Assembly: GCA_963705105.1 (NCBI GenBank)
Contig: CAVPIW010000017.1
Location: 53,821-117,820, forward strand
From: an uncultured Nitrospiraceae bacterium
GTDB lineage: Bacteria; Nitrospirota; Thermodesulfovibrionia; Thermodesulfovibrionales; Dissulfurispiraceae
Direction of reading: 5' to 3'
DNA: 64,000 nt
Positions 18,901 to 29,728 of this stretch are shown here, piece by piece; the stretch's first letter is position 1, and each line of letters opens with the position of its first letter. The position numbers and the translations under genes were made by a program. The notes below the pieces were generated by a model. The model saw only the letters and a program-made list of their open reading frames with translations, was not told the DNA's origin and ran no database searches.

Positions 18901-19081
18901 GGCGAATGTGTACGTCTATGCAAACGGCAGGGAGGAGCTCTTTCTCGAAAATGTGGATTTACTCATTCCGGAAGGAAGCCAGATCTACCTGAAGAACCTC
19001 TTCGGGGAGCAGAAGACCTTCAAGGGTCACCTGAAAGAGATCTCTCTCCTCAAGCACCGGATCGTTCTGGAAGCATCATAG
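18893..19081 (+). CDS. CooT family nickel-binding protein
   Basis: MCEANVY N-terminus, NLFGE, HRIVL; 62 aa; AAGGAGG RBS. Confidence 0.85.
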   Translation: MCEANVYVYANGREELFLENVDLLIPEGSQIYLKNLFGEQKTFKGHLKEISLLKHRIVLEAS

Positions 19082-19094
19082 CTTCAACAACAGC

Positions 19095-19883
19095 ATGACC
19101 CTCTGGCGGCTGATCGATTCGGGCCCCTGCGCCGCCTCCTTCAACATGGCCCTCGACGATGCGATCGCGGCCGCGGTCAGGGAGGGCGCGGAGCCGCCTA
19201 CCCTGAGGTTCTACGGCTGGCAATGCCCTTCCGTCAGCATCGGTCACTTCCAGAGGATAGCGGACGTAGACCCCGATTATTGCAGCCGTGAAAACATCCC
19301 CGTTGTGCAGAGGCCGACAGGGGGCAGGGCGGTCTTCCACGGTCATGAATTGACATACAGTTTTTCCTCCCCCAATGACGGCATCTTTTCAGGGGGACTT
19401 TTCGAAACCTATCGTCTCCTGGGCCGGGCACTGGAAGAGGCCTTTAGGCTTGCCGGGCTGACCGTGACGGTCCAAAGAAGCCGGAAAGCAGACGATGTCC
19501 GGGCCCGGAGTCCCCTCTGCTTCGAGTCGACTTCCTTCGGCGAAATCTCCTGCAGGGGGATAAAACTGGCGGGATCGGCTCAGCGAAGGTACAGGAACGG
19601 TTTTCTGCAGCAGGGGTCCATTCCCTTTTCCGTCGATTCCTCCAGGCTGGCGAGGGTCTTCAGGCGGCCCGCCGGAAGCGCAGGTCCCGGCATGGTGGCC
19701 GGCCTCGCCGATTTCCTGCCCGGGCTCCGGCCTGACGTCCTCCGTCTCCACGTCATCGAATCCTTCGAAAGACTCTTTTCCGTCACTCTTGAACGGTCTC
19801 ATCCGTCTCCGCGGGAGCAGGAGCGGGCTCTTCAACTGGCTGAACGGACGTATCGGAATCTGTGCCTTCCTCAGGCGGGCTGA
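19095..19883 (+). CDS. Lipoate-protein ligase / octanoyltransferase (LipM-like) family
   Basis: NMALD, PTLRFYGW, RPTGGRAV.H and KLAGSAQRR motifs. Confidence 0.9.
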   Translation: MTLWRLIDSGPCAASFNMALDDAIAAAVREGAEPPTLRFYGWQCPSVSIGHFQRIADVDPDYCSRENIPVVQRPTGGRAVFHGHELTYSFSSPNDGIFSGGLFETYRLLGRALEEAFRLAGLTVTVQRSRKADDVRARSPLCFESTSFGEISCRGIKLAGSAQRRYRNGFLQQGSIPFSVDSSRLARVFRRPAGSAGPGMVAGLADFLPGLRPDVLRLHVIESFERLFSVTLERSHPSPREQERALQLAERTYRNLCLPQAG

Positions 19884-20787
19884 CACGGTATCCTGTCTCG
19901 CGGAAATAGTAGAAGACCGATGCGAGCACGACGAGTCCGAGGTATCCCTGCACCAGGGAGATGAAGACCTGGAAGGGGAGCGAGAGGATGGATCCGACGA
20001 TCGGGATCAGCGCAAGGGGGGACACGAGAAAGATGACAAGGAGATTGGCGATCATGTAGCCGACGATCAGGAGGCTGTAAAATCCCGTGGCTGCCGGAAA
20101 CCTGAAGATATAGCTCAGCGTTTCACGCAGGGCGCCGATCGGGCCGGTCCCGTTGAAGGTGATGTCGGCCATGCCATACACGGTCACGGAGAGGGTGACG
20201 AGTATCATCATGCACCCTGCCGACAGCAGGATCAGGGAGAAGAATATGCCGAGAAAGAGTGCCAGCGTGGCCTCCTGTGACTGGGCATATTCGATGACCG
20301 CCGAGACCCCCCCGCCGAGGACGCCGAGAATGAAGGCGATCATGATCACGATGACACCGATGAGGAGGGAGAAAAGAAACAGGGGGATGAAGTACCGCCT
20401 TCCCTGCTCGAAGAACGACCTGAGGGTCGACCTGTCCGTCCTCCCGAGAATCAGGTCCGTGAGGGAGCCGACGGTGCCCCCGACGACGAAGACCCAGAGG
20501 AGGGCGATGAAGGAGATGTAGATGAGCAGGCTCAGGATCAGCACGATGGCCATGGCGAAATAACGCTGGAGCAGCTCGGCTGAACTCCTCAGGGCGCTGA
20601 AGAAATTGTCGAATTTCAGGATTTCCGTCAGATCGAGGCCGAAGAGGATAAATGCGATGGCGACAGGCAGACCGACGATGAAAAAGAAGCTGAAGAAGCT
20701 CAGGATCATGGCGAAAAGCTGGACGATCACCAGGTGCCAGTTCCTGTTGACGATGCGGATGCCTTCCCTGATAGCCGTCGTAAACAT
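19783..20787 (-). CDS. Hypothetical polytopic membrane protein
   Basis: About six hydrophobic segments, long ORF. Confidence 0.75.
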   Translation of the reverse strand: MFTTAIREGIRIVNRNWHLVIVQLFAMILSFFSFFFIVGLPVAIAFILFGLDLTEILKFDNFFSALRSSAELLQRYFAMAIVLILSLLIYISFIALLWVFVVGGTVGSLTDLILGRTDRSTLRSFFEQGRRYFIPLFLFSLLIGVIVIMIAFILGVLGGGVSAVIEYAQSQEATLALFLGIFFSLILLSAGCMMILVTLSVTVYGMADITFNGTGPIGALRETLSYIFRFPAATGFYSLLIVGYMIANLLVIFLVSPLALIPIVGSILSLPFQVFISLVQGYLGLVVLASVFYYFRETGYRVSPPEEGTDSDTSVQPVEEPAPAPAETDETVQE

Positions 20788-20799
20788 TCAGTGCGGTTG

Positions 20800-21004
20800 A
20801 CCTAATCGTTGCAGCAGGGCATTCGGAAAGGCGGGCCGCATATGCCGAAAAGCCTTGGTGCTGCGAAACCTATGCCTTCCCATACGGATTATTTCAAGCT
20901 TATGGTTGATCGCATAAAAGATGGGATCCCGAATTTCCAATTTCAAATGATTATGCTCGCTATCAGCAAGGCTTTGAGGCACTTCGTCCCGCCTTTTCAT
21001 GCGT
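20800..21004. repeat. MITE-like intergenic element, module F
   Basis: Similar to 23194-23405 and, inverted, to 51975-52180. Confidence 0.8.
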
Positions 21005-21075
21005 GAGACGTCTGTGGCGGGTAAGGCGTGGCGCTGTCTCTTTTCACAATCCCCGTTCCGGCGTCTCTGCGGACT

Positions 21076-21900
21076 TCAGTGATGTTCTGAACGGTCATGA
21101 GAGATGCCCACAAGGCAGATCCCCGCCTCATCGGCCCGGTCTATCATCCTCTGCCTGTCGATCATAATGCTCCTCGCCGCTTCGAGGGCGAGCACCCCTG
21201 CCCTGACTTCGATCATCGTCCCGATGGTGCTCAGACCGACGGCCGGGACGTCCAGATTCATGTCCTGCTGGGGCTTGCTCATCTTGACGACGACGGCGCC
21301 CTTACCTGCCCATCGTCCGCCCCTCAGGATCGCTTCGTCCGTTCCTTCGATCGCCTCGACGGCCGTGACGGCCCTGTCTTTTATGACGACGGTCTGCCCG
21401 ATGTCGAGCCTCCCGATTTCCCTGGCGATCCTGCTTCCATATTCGATGTCGCTCCATTCTTCCTTTGTGGGAGCCCTTTTTGTCATGACGCCGTCCGGCG
21501 TCAGGAGGTGGGGGCTGAAGGAGGTCGTGTCAACGACGTGTATGCCCTCTTTCTCAAATTCAGCGGCAAGGGCCCGCAGAATGACGTCGTCGCCCCGGTT
21601 CTTGAGGGAAAAGAGGAGCTTCATCGCCCTCAGGTCCGGAACGGTTGCGGACTTGTAGATGAGGGACTTGGAGACCTTTCCGACCATGATCGCCCGGTCC
21701 ACGCGGCCTCTTTTCAGCGTGTCGATGAGATCTCCAAGCTTTCCGACATTCACCCAGGCCAGTTCGTCGGAGCACCCTGTCAATTCGGGAGATGCGATCT
21801 GTTCAAGGGCGGCCGTCACGACCACGAATCCCCGTTCCCGGGCATCCCTGGCGACGATGAGGGGAAGATCACCCGCGCCTGCGATGATCCCTATCCGCAC
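21076..21900 (-). CDS. lpxI: UDP-2,3-diacylglucosamine diphosphatase LpxI
   Basis: IGIIAG.G.LP, LDIGQTVV, AVEAIEGTD and KPQQD motifs; follows lpxA. Start uncertain; the ORF is open to 21993. Confidence 0.9.
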   Translation of the reverse strand: MRIGIIAGAGDLPLIVARDARERGFVVVTAALEQIASPELTGCSDELAWVNVGKLGDLIDTLKRGRVDRAIMVGKVSKSLIYKSATVPDLRAMKLLFSLKNRGDDVILRALAAEFEKEGIHVVDTTSFSPHLLTPDGVMTKRAPTKEEWSDIEYGSRIAREIGRLDIGQTVVIKDRAVTAVEAIEGTDEAILRGGRWAGKGAVVVKMSKPQQDMNLDVPAVGLSTIGTMIEVRAGVLALEAARSIMIDRQRMIDRADEAGICLVGISHDRSEHH

Positions 21901-21952
21901 GTTTCCCGGTTCGAGAATGCCGGTGACGAGGGCCGGCGATTGCCGGGGGCGA

Positions 21953-22732
21953 TCATCTGCATATGCCCCGCTTGTTCTGCTCGATGAATTCAACGAGATG
22001 CCTGACCTCTTTCGACTCGGGCAATTCGCTTTTGATCTTTTTCAGCGCGTCCCTGAGCGTTCTCTTTTCCCTGAAGAGGATTTTGTAGGCCTTCTTGAGA
22101 AGATTGATCGTCTCTTCGGAAAAGCCATGCCTCTTGAGTCCGATGACGTTGAGACCATAGAGCTTCGACCGTGCGCCCGACGCCATCATGTAGGGGGGGA
22201 CATCCTGGCCGATACCGCTGAAACCGCCGACCATCGCGTAGGCGCCGATCCTCGTGAACTGATGGATCGCCACGAGGCCGCCGATAACGCAGTGGCTTTC
22301 GACGAGGACATGCCCTGCCAGGGTCGCCACATTGGCCATGACGACGTAGTTGCCGATCCTGCAGTCGTGGGCAATATGCACGTAGGCCATCAGGAAATTC
22401 GAGTCGCCGATCTCCGTGTATCCTTCACCGCCGACTGATCCCCTGTGGATGGTCGTGTACTCCCGGATGACGTTGTTTTTGCCGATCTTCAGGCCCGTTT
22501 TCTCGTTTCTGTACTTGAGATCCTGCGGAGGAAGCCCGATGGAAGAAAACGGGTACACCGTGCAGTTTTCGCCGATCACCGTCTCCCCCTCGATCAGGAC
22601 ATGAGATTTCAGCTCCGTTCCTTTCCGGATCACCGCATCATCGCCGATGATGCAGAAAGGCCCGATCACGACGTCATCGTCGATCTCCGCCTTCCTGCTC
22701 ACAATGGCCGTTTTATGAATGCCCTTCGCCAT
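21953..22732 (-). CDS. lpxA: Acyl-ACP--UDP-GlcNAc O-acyltransferase
   Basis: Hexapeptide repeats; PQDLKY, HIAHDC and HQF motifs. Confidence 0.97.
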   Translation of the reverse strand: MAKGIHKTAIVSRKAEIDDDVVIGPFCIIGDDAVIRKGTELKSHVLIEGETVIGENCTVYPFSSIGLPPQDLKYRNEKTGLKIGKNNVIREYTTIHRGSVGGEGYTEIGDSNFLMAYVHIAHDCRIGNYVVMANVATLAGHVLVESHCVIGGLVAIHQFTRIGAYAMVGGFSGIGQDVPPYMMASGARSKLYGLNVIGLKRHGFSEETINLLKKAYKILFREKRTLRDALKKIKSELPESKEVRHLVEFIEQNKRGICR

Positions 22733-22740
22733 TCGACCTC

Positions 22741-23172
22741 CTACAGTTCCTTGTCGGTGACCATCGCCGTGAACTCACCCTCCGACGTCAGCTTGTCCTC
22801 TACATAGGCGTGTCCCGAGACTTTCCAGACGTTTCCCCTTGTATGGATGACATCGATGACGAGCATCAGGATATCGCCGGGAAAAACGGGCCTCCGGAAT
22901 TTGACCTTGTCGATGCTCATGAAGTAGACCGACTTCCCCTGCAAGCCCGATTTGAACGCGAGGATCGCCGCCACCTGGGCCATCGCCTCCACGATGAGCA
23001 CCCCGGGCATGACGGGGTTGCCGGGAAAGTGGCCCTGGAAAAAGGGTTCGTTGATCGTGACGTTCTTGATCCCCACGGCTTTGACATTCGGAATGAGCTC
23101 CGTTACCCTGTCAAGAAGCAGAAAGGGATAGCGGTGCGGGAGAATCGACTGTATTTCCCGTATATCAATCAT
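22741..23172 (-). CDS. fabZ: 3-hydroxyacyl-ACP dehydratase
   Basis: LPHRYPFLL and [22 protein letters not shown] motifs. Confidence 0.97.
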   Translation of the reverse strand: MIDIREIQSILPHRYPFLLLDRVTELIPNVKAVGIKNVTINEPFFQGHFPGNPVMPGVLIVEAMAQVAAILAFKSGLQGKSVYFMSIDKVKFRRPVFPGDILMLVIDVIHTRGNVWKVSGHAYVEDKLTSEGEFTAMVTDKEL

Positions 23173-23193
23173 GAGACCTCCCTGATGGAATAT

Positions 23194-23405
23194 ACCTTAA
23201 TCGATGCAAAAGGGCCGCCGGGAAGGCGGGGCGAAGACGCCGAAAAGCCTTGGTGCTGCGAACCCTTTGCCTTCCCATGCTGATTCTGTCAGGCCGACGG
23301 TTCATGACAGGTCGGATGGAATCCCGACTTCCCATAATAATATGATCGTCCTCGCTGTCAGCAAGGCTTTGAGGCACTTTGTCCCGCCTTTTCATGTAAC
23401 GTTTA
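23194..23405. repeat. MITE-like element, module F, between lpxD and fabZ
   Basis: Same arms and interior as 20800-21004. Confidence 0.8.
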
Positions 23406-23407
23406 GT

Positions 23408-24442
23408 TTACTGTTTCTCGCTGTCCCCTGAGAGGGATTGCAGCTTGTTTTCCAACTCGCGAACTCTCTTTACGAGACCCGGCAGCTTCGCGAAGGCCGC
23501 GCTCGCCTTCAACCAGTCTTTGTGCGGCATGATCGGCGCTCCGGCATATACCCCTTTCCGTACGATCCCCATGAGGCCCGACTTGGCGGCGATCATGGTG
23601 CCCGGCTCGATGACACTGTGTTCGGCGACGGCCGTCTGGCCGCCCATCATCACCCCGTCGCCGATTTCCGTACTTCCGCCGATACCGATCTGGGCCACGA
23701 GAATGACGTTTCGTCCCACCTGAACGTTATGTCCGACCTGGACAAGGTTGTCGATCTTCGTGCCCGATCCGATCACCGTGTTTCCCGTCGTCGCCCTGTC
23801 GACCGTCGTGTTCGCCCCGATCTCCACATCATCGCCGATGACGACACCACCCACCTGGGGGATCTTGTTGTGTTTCCCGCCGTCGAAGACGAAACCGAAA
23901 CCGTCGGCCCCGATGACGGCGCCGGCATGAATGATCACCCGGTGTCCGATCGTGATGCCTTCCCTGATCGTGACGTTCGGATAAATCAAGCACGACTCTC
24001 CCACGGTGCTCCCCGTGCCGATGAAAACGCCGGGATAGATCACCGTTCCGTCCCCGACCGACACGTCATCGGCGATGTAAGAGAAGGCGCCGACGGTCAC
24101 TCCCGATCCGAGGCGGGCCGCCGGCGACACGGAGGCCTGGGGGCTGAGACCGCAGCAGGGGTGAGACTGCGGATGGAAGAGGGCCAGGAGCTGCGCAAAC
24201 GCGTAAAGGGGATTCCTCACGAGGACCTGCGGTTTGTCGGTCTCCGCCAGGACCTCCCTGACGATCACGGCCGATGCCTTGCTCCTGTGGAGGTCCTTCA
24301 GCATCTTCCCTGAAGAGAGGAATGTGATGTCTCCCTCCCGGGCACTGAGGATCCCTGACACCCCGATGATCTCTATATCCTGCGCCTCAGCGGAGCCGGC
24401 TACAGCCCCCCCGATGGCATCAGCGATGTCTCCGAGACGCAT
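23408..24442 (-). CDS. lpxD: UDP-3-O-(3-hydroxyacyl)glucosamine N-acyltransferase
   Basis: IGADGFGF, KIPQ.G.V, DRAT and KIDNLVQ.GHN motifs. Confidence 0.97.
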   Translation of the reverse strand: MRLGDIADAIGGAVAGSAEAQDIEIIGVSGILSAREGDITFLSSGKMLKDLHRSKASAVIVREVLAETDKPQVLVRNPLYAFAQLLALFHPQSHPCCGLSPQASVSPAARLGSGVTVGAFSYIADDVSVGDGTVIYPGVFIGTGSTVGESCLIYPNVTIREGITIGHRVIIHAGAVIGADGFGFVFDGGKHNKIPQVGGVVIGDDVEIGANTTVDRATTGNTVIGSGTKIDNLVQVGHNVQVGRNVILVAQIGIGGSTEIGDGVMMGGQTAVAEHSVIEPGTMIAAKSGLMGIVRKGVYAGAPIMPHKDWLKASAAFAKLPGLVKRVRELENKLQSLSGDSEKQ

Positions 24443-24451
24443 GGTCGACCG

Positions 24452-25036
24452 CTATTTCTTCTTGGCTTTCGGTTCTTCTTTGGCCGGCTTTTCCCTGACT
24501 TCTCCCGTCCCCTTCGACTCATTGTACTGCTTGATGACCTTTTCCGTTATATGGAGCGCCTTGTCCGAGTAAAGCAGGAGCCCCTCGGCATCTTCAAGAA
24601 TGAGGGTGTAGCCTTCCTCCTGTCCTATCTTCCTGATGATCTCCCGCAAATCCCGCAGGATCTCGGCCGTCAGCTCCCCTTCACGCTTCTTCACCTCGGC
24701 CTGAGAATCGGTCACCATCCGCTGATAATCCCTGATGAGCCGCTCGAGTTCCTCTTCCTTGGCCTTTCTCGCGTCGGCCGAAAGGATGGATGCCTGCTTT
24801 TCCGCGTCGGACTTGATTTTCTCGATATTCTTGCCCTTCTCCTCGATGACGACCTGCTTGGACTTGATCAGGGACTCCAGTTTCGTCTTCGCCTCTTTTC
24901 CCGTCTCCGACTCGTTGAGCGCTTTCAGGAGATCGACAATGGCGATCTTCGGCGTCTGAGCCGAAACCTGCATAGCCAGCGGCCCCGCAAAGGCGATGGC
25001 TATGGCGATGAACATCACAAGAATTGTCTTTTTCAT
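24452..25036 (-). CDS. skp: OmpH/Skp periplasmic chaperone
   Basis: KIAIVD, coiled coil, ITEKVI; lies between bamA and lpxD. Confidence 0.9.
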   Translation of the reverse strand: MKKTILVMFIAIAIAFAGPLAMQVSAQTPKIAIVDLLKALNESETGKEAKTKLESLIKSKQVVIEEKGKNIEKIKSDAEKQASILSADARKAKEEELERLIRDYQRMVTDSQAEVKKREGELTAEILRDLREIIRKIGQEEGYTLILEDAEGLLLYSDKALHITEKVIKQYNESKGTGEVREKPAKEEPKAKKK

Positions 25037-25213
25037 GCTGACGTGTCCTCCTCCGTCCAAGGTCTGTCAAGACGATTGAACCGGTCGATATGCGTTGTAT
25101 CTTGTGCCGCCAATCCGGCGGTCCCTGTCAATGACGGAATTCCTTTGTCGTTCAGGATGAGTCGACCGTGGCGCCGGCCGGAAGGGCTGGACGGAGACGG
25201 AGGGGATCCATGC

Positions 25214-27469
25214 CTAAAAGACAGAGCCGAAGCTGAACTCGATCTTGCTCTGATCTTCGTCTTCTCTCCTGTCGATATTCCAGCCCCACTCGATTCTGAG
25301 GGGGCCGAAGGGCGAAAGCCATCGCACCCCGACGCCCGCCGTATACCGGAGATCGGTGCCGAGGCTCTCGTCTTTCAGATAGGCCCTGCCGACGTCGAAG
25401 AAAACGACCCCCTTGACGCGGAACTCGGCGAGAACGGGGAAGATGTATTCGAAATTGAAGATCAGCTCCTTTTCACCACCAACGGGTTCGCCGTTTATAT
25501 CCTTGGGGCCGGCCTGGCCGTATCCGAGACCGCGAACGGTATAGATGCCGCCGACGTAGTACCTCTCATAAAGCGGGAGCTCCTTCCCATAGAGGCCCTG
25601 CGCGTAGCCGAGTCTGCCGCGGACGAAGAACGCCGTCACATCGAATACGGGGAAGTACCAGCCCGAGTCCAAGAGCAGCTTGTGGAAGGCGCGAGACCCG
25701 CCGAGACCGGCGAAGGTGTAATAGACGGCATTCTTGGAGCCCCGCGTGGGATCGACGACGTTGTCCCTCGTGTCCCGGATGCCCGTCAGGGTGATGCCGC
25801 TCGTCGTGCCCGATCCTTCCTGATCCTTGATCTGCTGGGATGCGTCCTCCCTGACGTCGAAGATGGTGGCGTCTTCGAAATTGTACGCGACGGAGCCGAA
25901 GTAATACTCTCCGAAGCTCTTTCCGAGTGTGATGCCGAACCCCGTTGCTTTCCGCTCGTAGTTGCCGTAATCCCTGTTCGTGTTATAGATGCTTGCGCCA
26001 AATGATAAGGGTTTGTCCAGAAACCAGGGATCGCGGAAGGAAAGCTCATAGAACGAGCTTTCTCCGCCGAGCTCCGCCCTCAGCTTGACAAACTGGCCCC
26101 TGCCGAAAAGGTTGGACTGGGTCACGTCGACCATGCCGATCAGCTTGTCGATGGAGCTGTACCCGCCGCCGATGCTCAGGTAGCCCGTGGGCTTTTCCTT
26201 CACCTTCACGTCGAGATCGACGACTTTCTGGTCTGCCTTCGGCTTCGGCACGATGTCGATGGTCTCGAAATACTGGAGGTTGTTGAGGCGCTCGTAACTG
26301 CGCTTGAGTGACGACGCGTTGAAGAGGTCTCCTTCGTCAAGCCGTATCTCCCGGCGGATTACCTTGTCCCGGGTCTTCGTGTTGCCCGAGATTTCGATCC
26401 GGCCGATCTTGAACTTGTCTCCCTCGTCGATCTTGTAAATGACCTTCGTGTCTTTTTTCACGTCATCAGGCACGAGATCGGGAGAAACGCTGACGAGCGC
26501 GTATCCGCTGTTGGAGTAAAGGTCGGATATGGCGACGACGTCCTTTTTCAGCACTTCCCTGCTGAAGATCTTGTTCGGTGTCATTTTCACGAGACCCTGG
26601 ATCTGTTCTTTCGGGACCGCCTTGTTGCCGGTGATGTCGACGGACGACACAGTGAACTGTTCCCTCTCGATGACGGCGATAGAGATCCTCATGCCCTTTT
26701 TGTTGTCCACAAGCTCGATCTTCGGTTCCTGGACGATGACCTTGAGGTAGCCGTTGTTGTAATAGACGTCTTTAATCCGCTCGACGTCCTCCTTCATCAC
26801 GTCTTTCTTGTAATAGCCGGTGCCGGTGATGAAAGAAAAAAGGCCCCTCTCGGCGGTCTTCATCGCCTTCTTGATCGTCTTGGCGGATATGGCGCTGTTC
26901 CCCTCGATCCGGATCTCCTTGATCTTGACCTTTTCCCCCTCTTCGATCTGGTAGGTGACCGCCACTTCGCCTTCTGTGACCTTCCTGACGACCGGCACGA
27001 CCTGGGCGAGGTAATACCCCTCATCCTCATAGAAGGCCTTGAGTTTCACGGCGTTGTCATTGATGAGGGTGATGTCGGAAATGGCGCCGGGAATGATGGT
27101 GACCTTCTCCTTGAGCTTGGCCTCGTCGAACTCCTTGTTTCCCTGGAAATCGACCCTGATGATCGTCGGCTTCTCCCTGATGACGTAAATGACCTTTATG
27201 CCGCCCTCGAAGGGCTCGATCTCGACTTTGACGTCGTCAAAATATCCCATCTTGTAAATCGACTTGATGTCTTCCGACGTTTTTTCCTGGGCCAGAGGCT
27301 CGCGGATCTTCTGGGAGAGCTTCGCCCTGATGGCCGCCTCGTCGATTCTCTTGAGTCCCTTGACCTCGATGATGGTCACAATGGGCAGTTCCTGGGCAAT
27401 AGCGGTGAAGGATAGAAGAAGGCAGGCAAGGAACGTGATGCATAGGAAAGATAAAATGTTCTTTTTCAT
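25214..27469 (-). CDS. bamA: Outer membrane protein assembly factor BamA
   Basis: Five POTRA-like repeats, GNTKTRDKVIRRE, VRG.., SPFGP, terminal Phe. Confidence 0.97.
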   Translation of the reverse strand: MKKNILSFLCITFLACLLLSFTAIAQELPIVTIIEVKGLKRIDEAAIRAKLSQKIREPLAQEKTSEDIKSIYKMGYFDDVKVEIEPFEGGIKVIYVIREKPTIIRVDFQGNKEFDEAKLKEKVTIIPGAISDITLINDNAVKLKAFYEDEGYYLAQVVPVVRKVTEGEVAVTYQIEEGEKVKIKEIRIEGNSAISAKTIKKAMKTAERGLFSFITGTGYYKKDVMKEDVERIKDVYYNNGYLKVIVQEPKIELVDNKKGMRISIAVIEREQFTVSSVDITGNKAVPKEQIQGLVKMTPNKIFSREVLKKDVVAISDLYSNSGYALVSVSPDLVPDDVKKDTKVIYKIDEGDKFKIGRIEISGNTKTRDKVIRREIRLDEGDLFNASSLKRSYERLNNLQYFETIDIVPKPKADQKVVDLDVKVKEKPTGYLSIGGGYSSIDKLIGMVDVTQSNLFGRGQFVKLRAELGGESSFYELSFRDPWFLDKPLSFGASIYNTNRDYGNYERKATGFGITLGKSFGEYYFGSVAYNFEDATIFDVREDASQQIKDQEGSGTTSGITLTGIRDTRDNVVDPTRGSKNAVYYTFAGLGGSRAFHKLLLDSGWYFPVFDVTAFFVRGRLGYAQGLYGKELPLYERYYVGGIYTVRGLGYGQAGPKDINGEPVGGEKELIFNFEYIFPVLAEFRVKGVVFFDVGRAYLKDESLGTDLRYTAGVGVRWLSPFGPLRIEWGWNIDRREDEDQSKIEFSFGSVF

Positions 27470-27599
27470 GATGTTATCTCGCCGGTTGTTCAATATATTG
27501 AATATAGAAGACACAAACGAGGTTAGTATATCATAATTTGCTTTCAAGTTCCACGGAATACTTGCACGCCTTTCGTGATGTATGAACAATGCAGGCGGC

Positions 27600-27806
27600 A
27601 GCCGCCGGCCGATGCCTTGCAGCTGCATGAAAAGGCGGAGCGAAGCGCTCTGAAAAACGGTGTCAGTGTCAGCGTGAGTGTCAGCAAAAGGGTCACCTTT
27701 TTCAGCCGTTTGCCTGAAAACGTCTTCATGGGAAGGCAAAGGTGTCGCCGCAGCAAGGTTTTCGGCGCATACACCGCGCCTTTCCGGAAGCCCTATCACA
27801 ACGGTA
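27600..27806. repeat. Chimeric intergenic inverted-repeat element (GTGTCA arm, module F tail, right arm)
   Basis: Lies in the divergent bamA / lepA gap; its left part recurs at 35730-35835. Confidence 0.8.
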
Positions 27807-27897
27807 ATGTTCAATCACACTGACACGGGATCATGAGCAAGACGGGAGAACAAGCTGTTATAATAAAACTTATGCTTTTTTCGGACTATAACGAGAT

Positions 27898-29697
27898 ATG
27901 AGCAACCCTACAAAAAACATCAGGAACTTTTCGATCATCGCCCATATCGATCACGGCAAGTCCACGCTCGCCGACAGGATCCTCGAGTTCACCGGCGCGC
28001 TGACCTCGCGGGAGATGGTCGAGCAGGTGCTCGATTCGATGGACCTCGAGAGGGAGCGGGGCATCACAATCAAGGCCCATGCCGTGCGGCTTAACTACCG
28101 TGCCGACGACGGGGAGTCCTACATCCTCAACCTCATCGATACCCCCGGACACGTCGATTTTTCCTATGAGGTTTCGAGGAGTCTCGCATCATGCGAGGGG
28201 AGCCTGCTCGTCGTCGATGCCACACAGGGCGTCGAAGCACAGACCATCGCAAATACCTACCTCGCCATTGACCACAACCATGAAATCATACCGGTCATCA
28301 ACAAGATCGATCTTCCCGGCGCCGATCCGGAAGGTGTCAGGGGCCAGATCGAAGAGACGATCGGCATCGACTGCTCTGAAGCGATTATGGCGAGCGCGAA
28401 GGAGGGCATCGGGACGAAAGAGATCCTCGAAGCGATCGTCAGGAAGATCCCTCCGCCCCGGGGACAGGCGCATGACAAGGTGCGTGCGCTCATCTTCGAT
28501 TCCTGGTTCGACAACTACCAGGGTGTGATCGTCCTCGTCCGTGTCTTCGGAGGGGTGATACGCCCGGGTATGAAGATCCGCCTCATGGCGGCGCAGCGCG
28601 ATTACGAGGTGGCCAAGGTGGGAGTCTTCACGCCGAAGATGGAAGAGGTCTCTGCCCTCGCGGCGGGGGAGGCGGGCTACGTCATCGCGGGCATAAAGAA
28701 CGTGGCCGACACGAAGATCGGTGACACCGTCACCGATGCCGGTGATCCGGCCCATGCGCCGCTGCCCGGCTACCGGGAGATCAAGCCCATGGTCTTCTGC
28801 GGTCTCTACCCCGTCGAAGCGCAGCATTACGAGGACCTCAAGGCGGCCCTCGACAAGCTGCGCCTCAACGATTCCTCGTTCACCTTCGAACCCGAGACGT
28901 CGTCGGCCCTCGGTTTCGGCTTCCGGTGCGGTTTTCTCGGCCTTCTCCATATGGAGATCGTCAAGGAGCGCCTCGAAAGGGAATTCGGGCTCTCCCTCAT
29001 CAGCACCGCTCCCACAGTCGTTTACCGGGTGACGGACATGTCGGGGCAGGTGACCGAGATCGACAACCCGAGCAGGATCCCCGACCGGGTCGTGAAGATC
29101 GAAGAGCCCTTCGTGAAGGTGACCATCTTCGTGCCGAACTCTTATATCGGCCAGATGCTCGAACTCTGCCAGGAGCGCCGCGGCGTCCAGCGAGACTTCT
29201 CGTACCTCACGAAAGACAGGATCATGGTCAGCTATGACCTGCCGCTCAACGAGATCCTCTGGGATTTTTACGACAAGCTCAAGTCACTCTCGCGGGGCTA
29301 CGCGTCGATGGACTACGAGTTCCTCGGCTACCGGGAGTCGGACCTGGTGAAACTCGACATCGTCCTCAACGGCGAGCCTGTGGATGCCCTTTCCTTGATT
29401 GTTCACGAGGACAAGGCTTATTATAAGGGCAGGCTTATCGTCGAGAAGCTGAGAGAGGTCATTCCCCGGCAACTATACGAGATAGCCATCCAGGCGTCGA
29501 TCGGCGGAAAAGTCATCGCCCGCGAGTCGGTCAAGGCCCTCCGGAAAAATGTGCTGGCGAAATGCTACGGTGGAGACATAACGAGAAAGAGAAAACTCCT
29601 GGAAAAGCAGAAAGAGGGGAAGAAAAAACTGAAACAGGTCGGCAAAATCGAGCTGCCCCAGGAGGCTTTCCTCTCGGTGCTGAAAGTCAGGGAATGA
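27898..29697 (+). CDS. lepA: Translation elongation factor 4
   Basis: [31 protein letters not shown] and [10 protein letters not shown] motifs. Confidence 0.98.
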   Translation: MSNPTKNIRNFSIIAHIDHGKSTLADRILEFTGALTSREMVEQVLDSMDLERERGITIKAHAVRLNYRADDGESYILNLIDTPGHVDFSYEVSRSLASCEGSLLVVDATQGVEAQTIANTYLAIDHNHEIIPVINKIDLPGADPEGVRGQIEETIGIDCSEAIMASAKEGIGTKEILEAIVRKIPPPRGQAHDKVRALIFDSWFDNYQGVIVLVRVFGGVIRPGMKIRLMAAQRDYEVAKVGVFTPKMEEVSALAAGEAGYVIAGIKNVADTKIGDTVTDAGDPAHAPLPGYREIKPMVFCGLYPVEAQHYEDLKAALDKLRLNDSSFTFEPETSSALGFGFRCGFLGLLHMEIVKERLEREFGLSLISTAPTVVYRVTDMSGQVTEIDNPSRIPDRVVKIEEPFVKVTIFVPNSYIGQMLELCQERRGVQRDFSYLTKDRIMVSYDLPLNEILWDFYDKLKSLSRGYASMDYEFLGYRESDLVKLDIVLNGEPVDALSLIVHEDKAYYKGRLIVEKLREVIPRQLYEIAIQASIGGKVIARESVKALRKNVLAKCYGGDITRKRKLLEKQKEGKKKLKQVGKIELPQEAFLSVLKVRE

Positions 29698-29728
29698 TCC
29701 GGGAGGAAGGGCTCTGAACAGAGTGAGC

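Noticed and set aside
27470..27814. Long N-terminal extensions of bamA, ykgJ (49567), ribBA (31608) and others in the ORF track, and small ORFs containing DTDTHTDT or AENLAAATP
   Set aside because: Most are translations of the intergenic repeat elements, and in each case a better start or the family N-terminus lies downstream.
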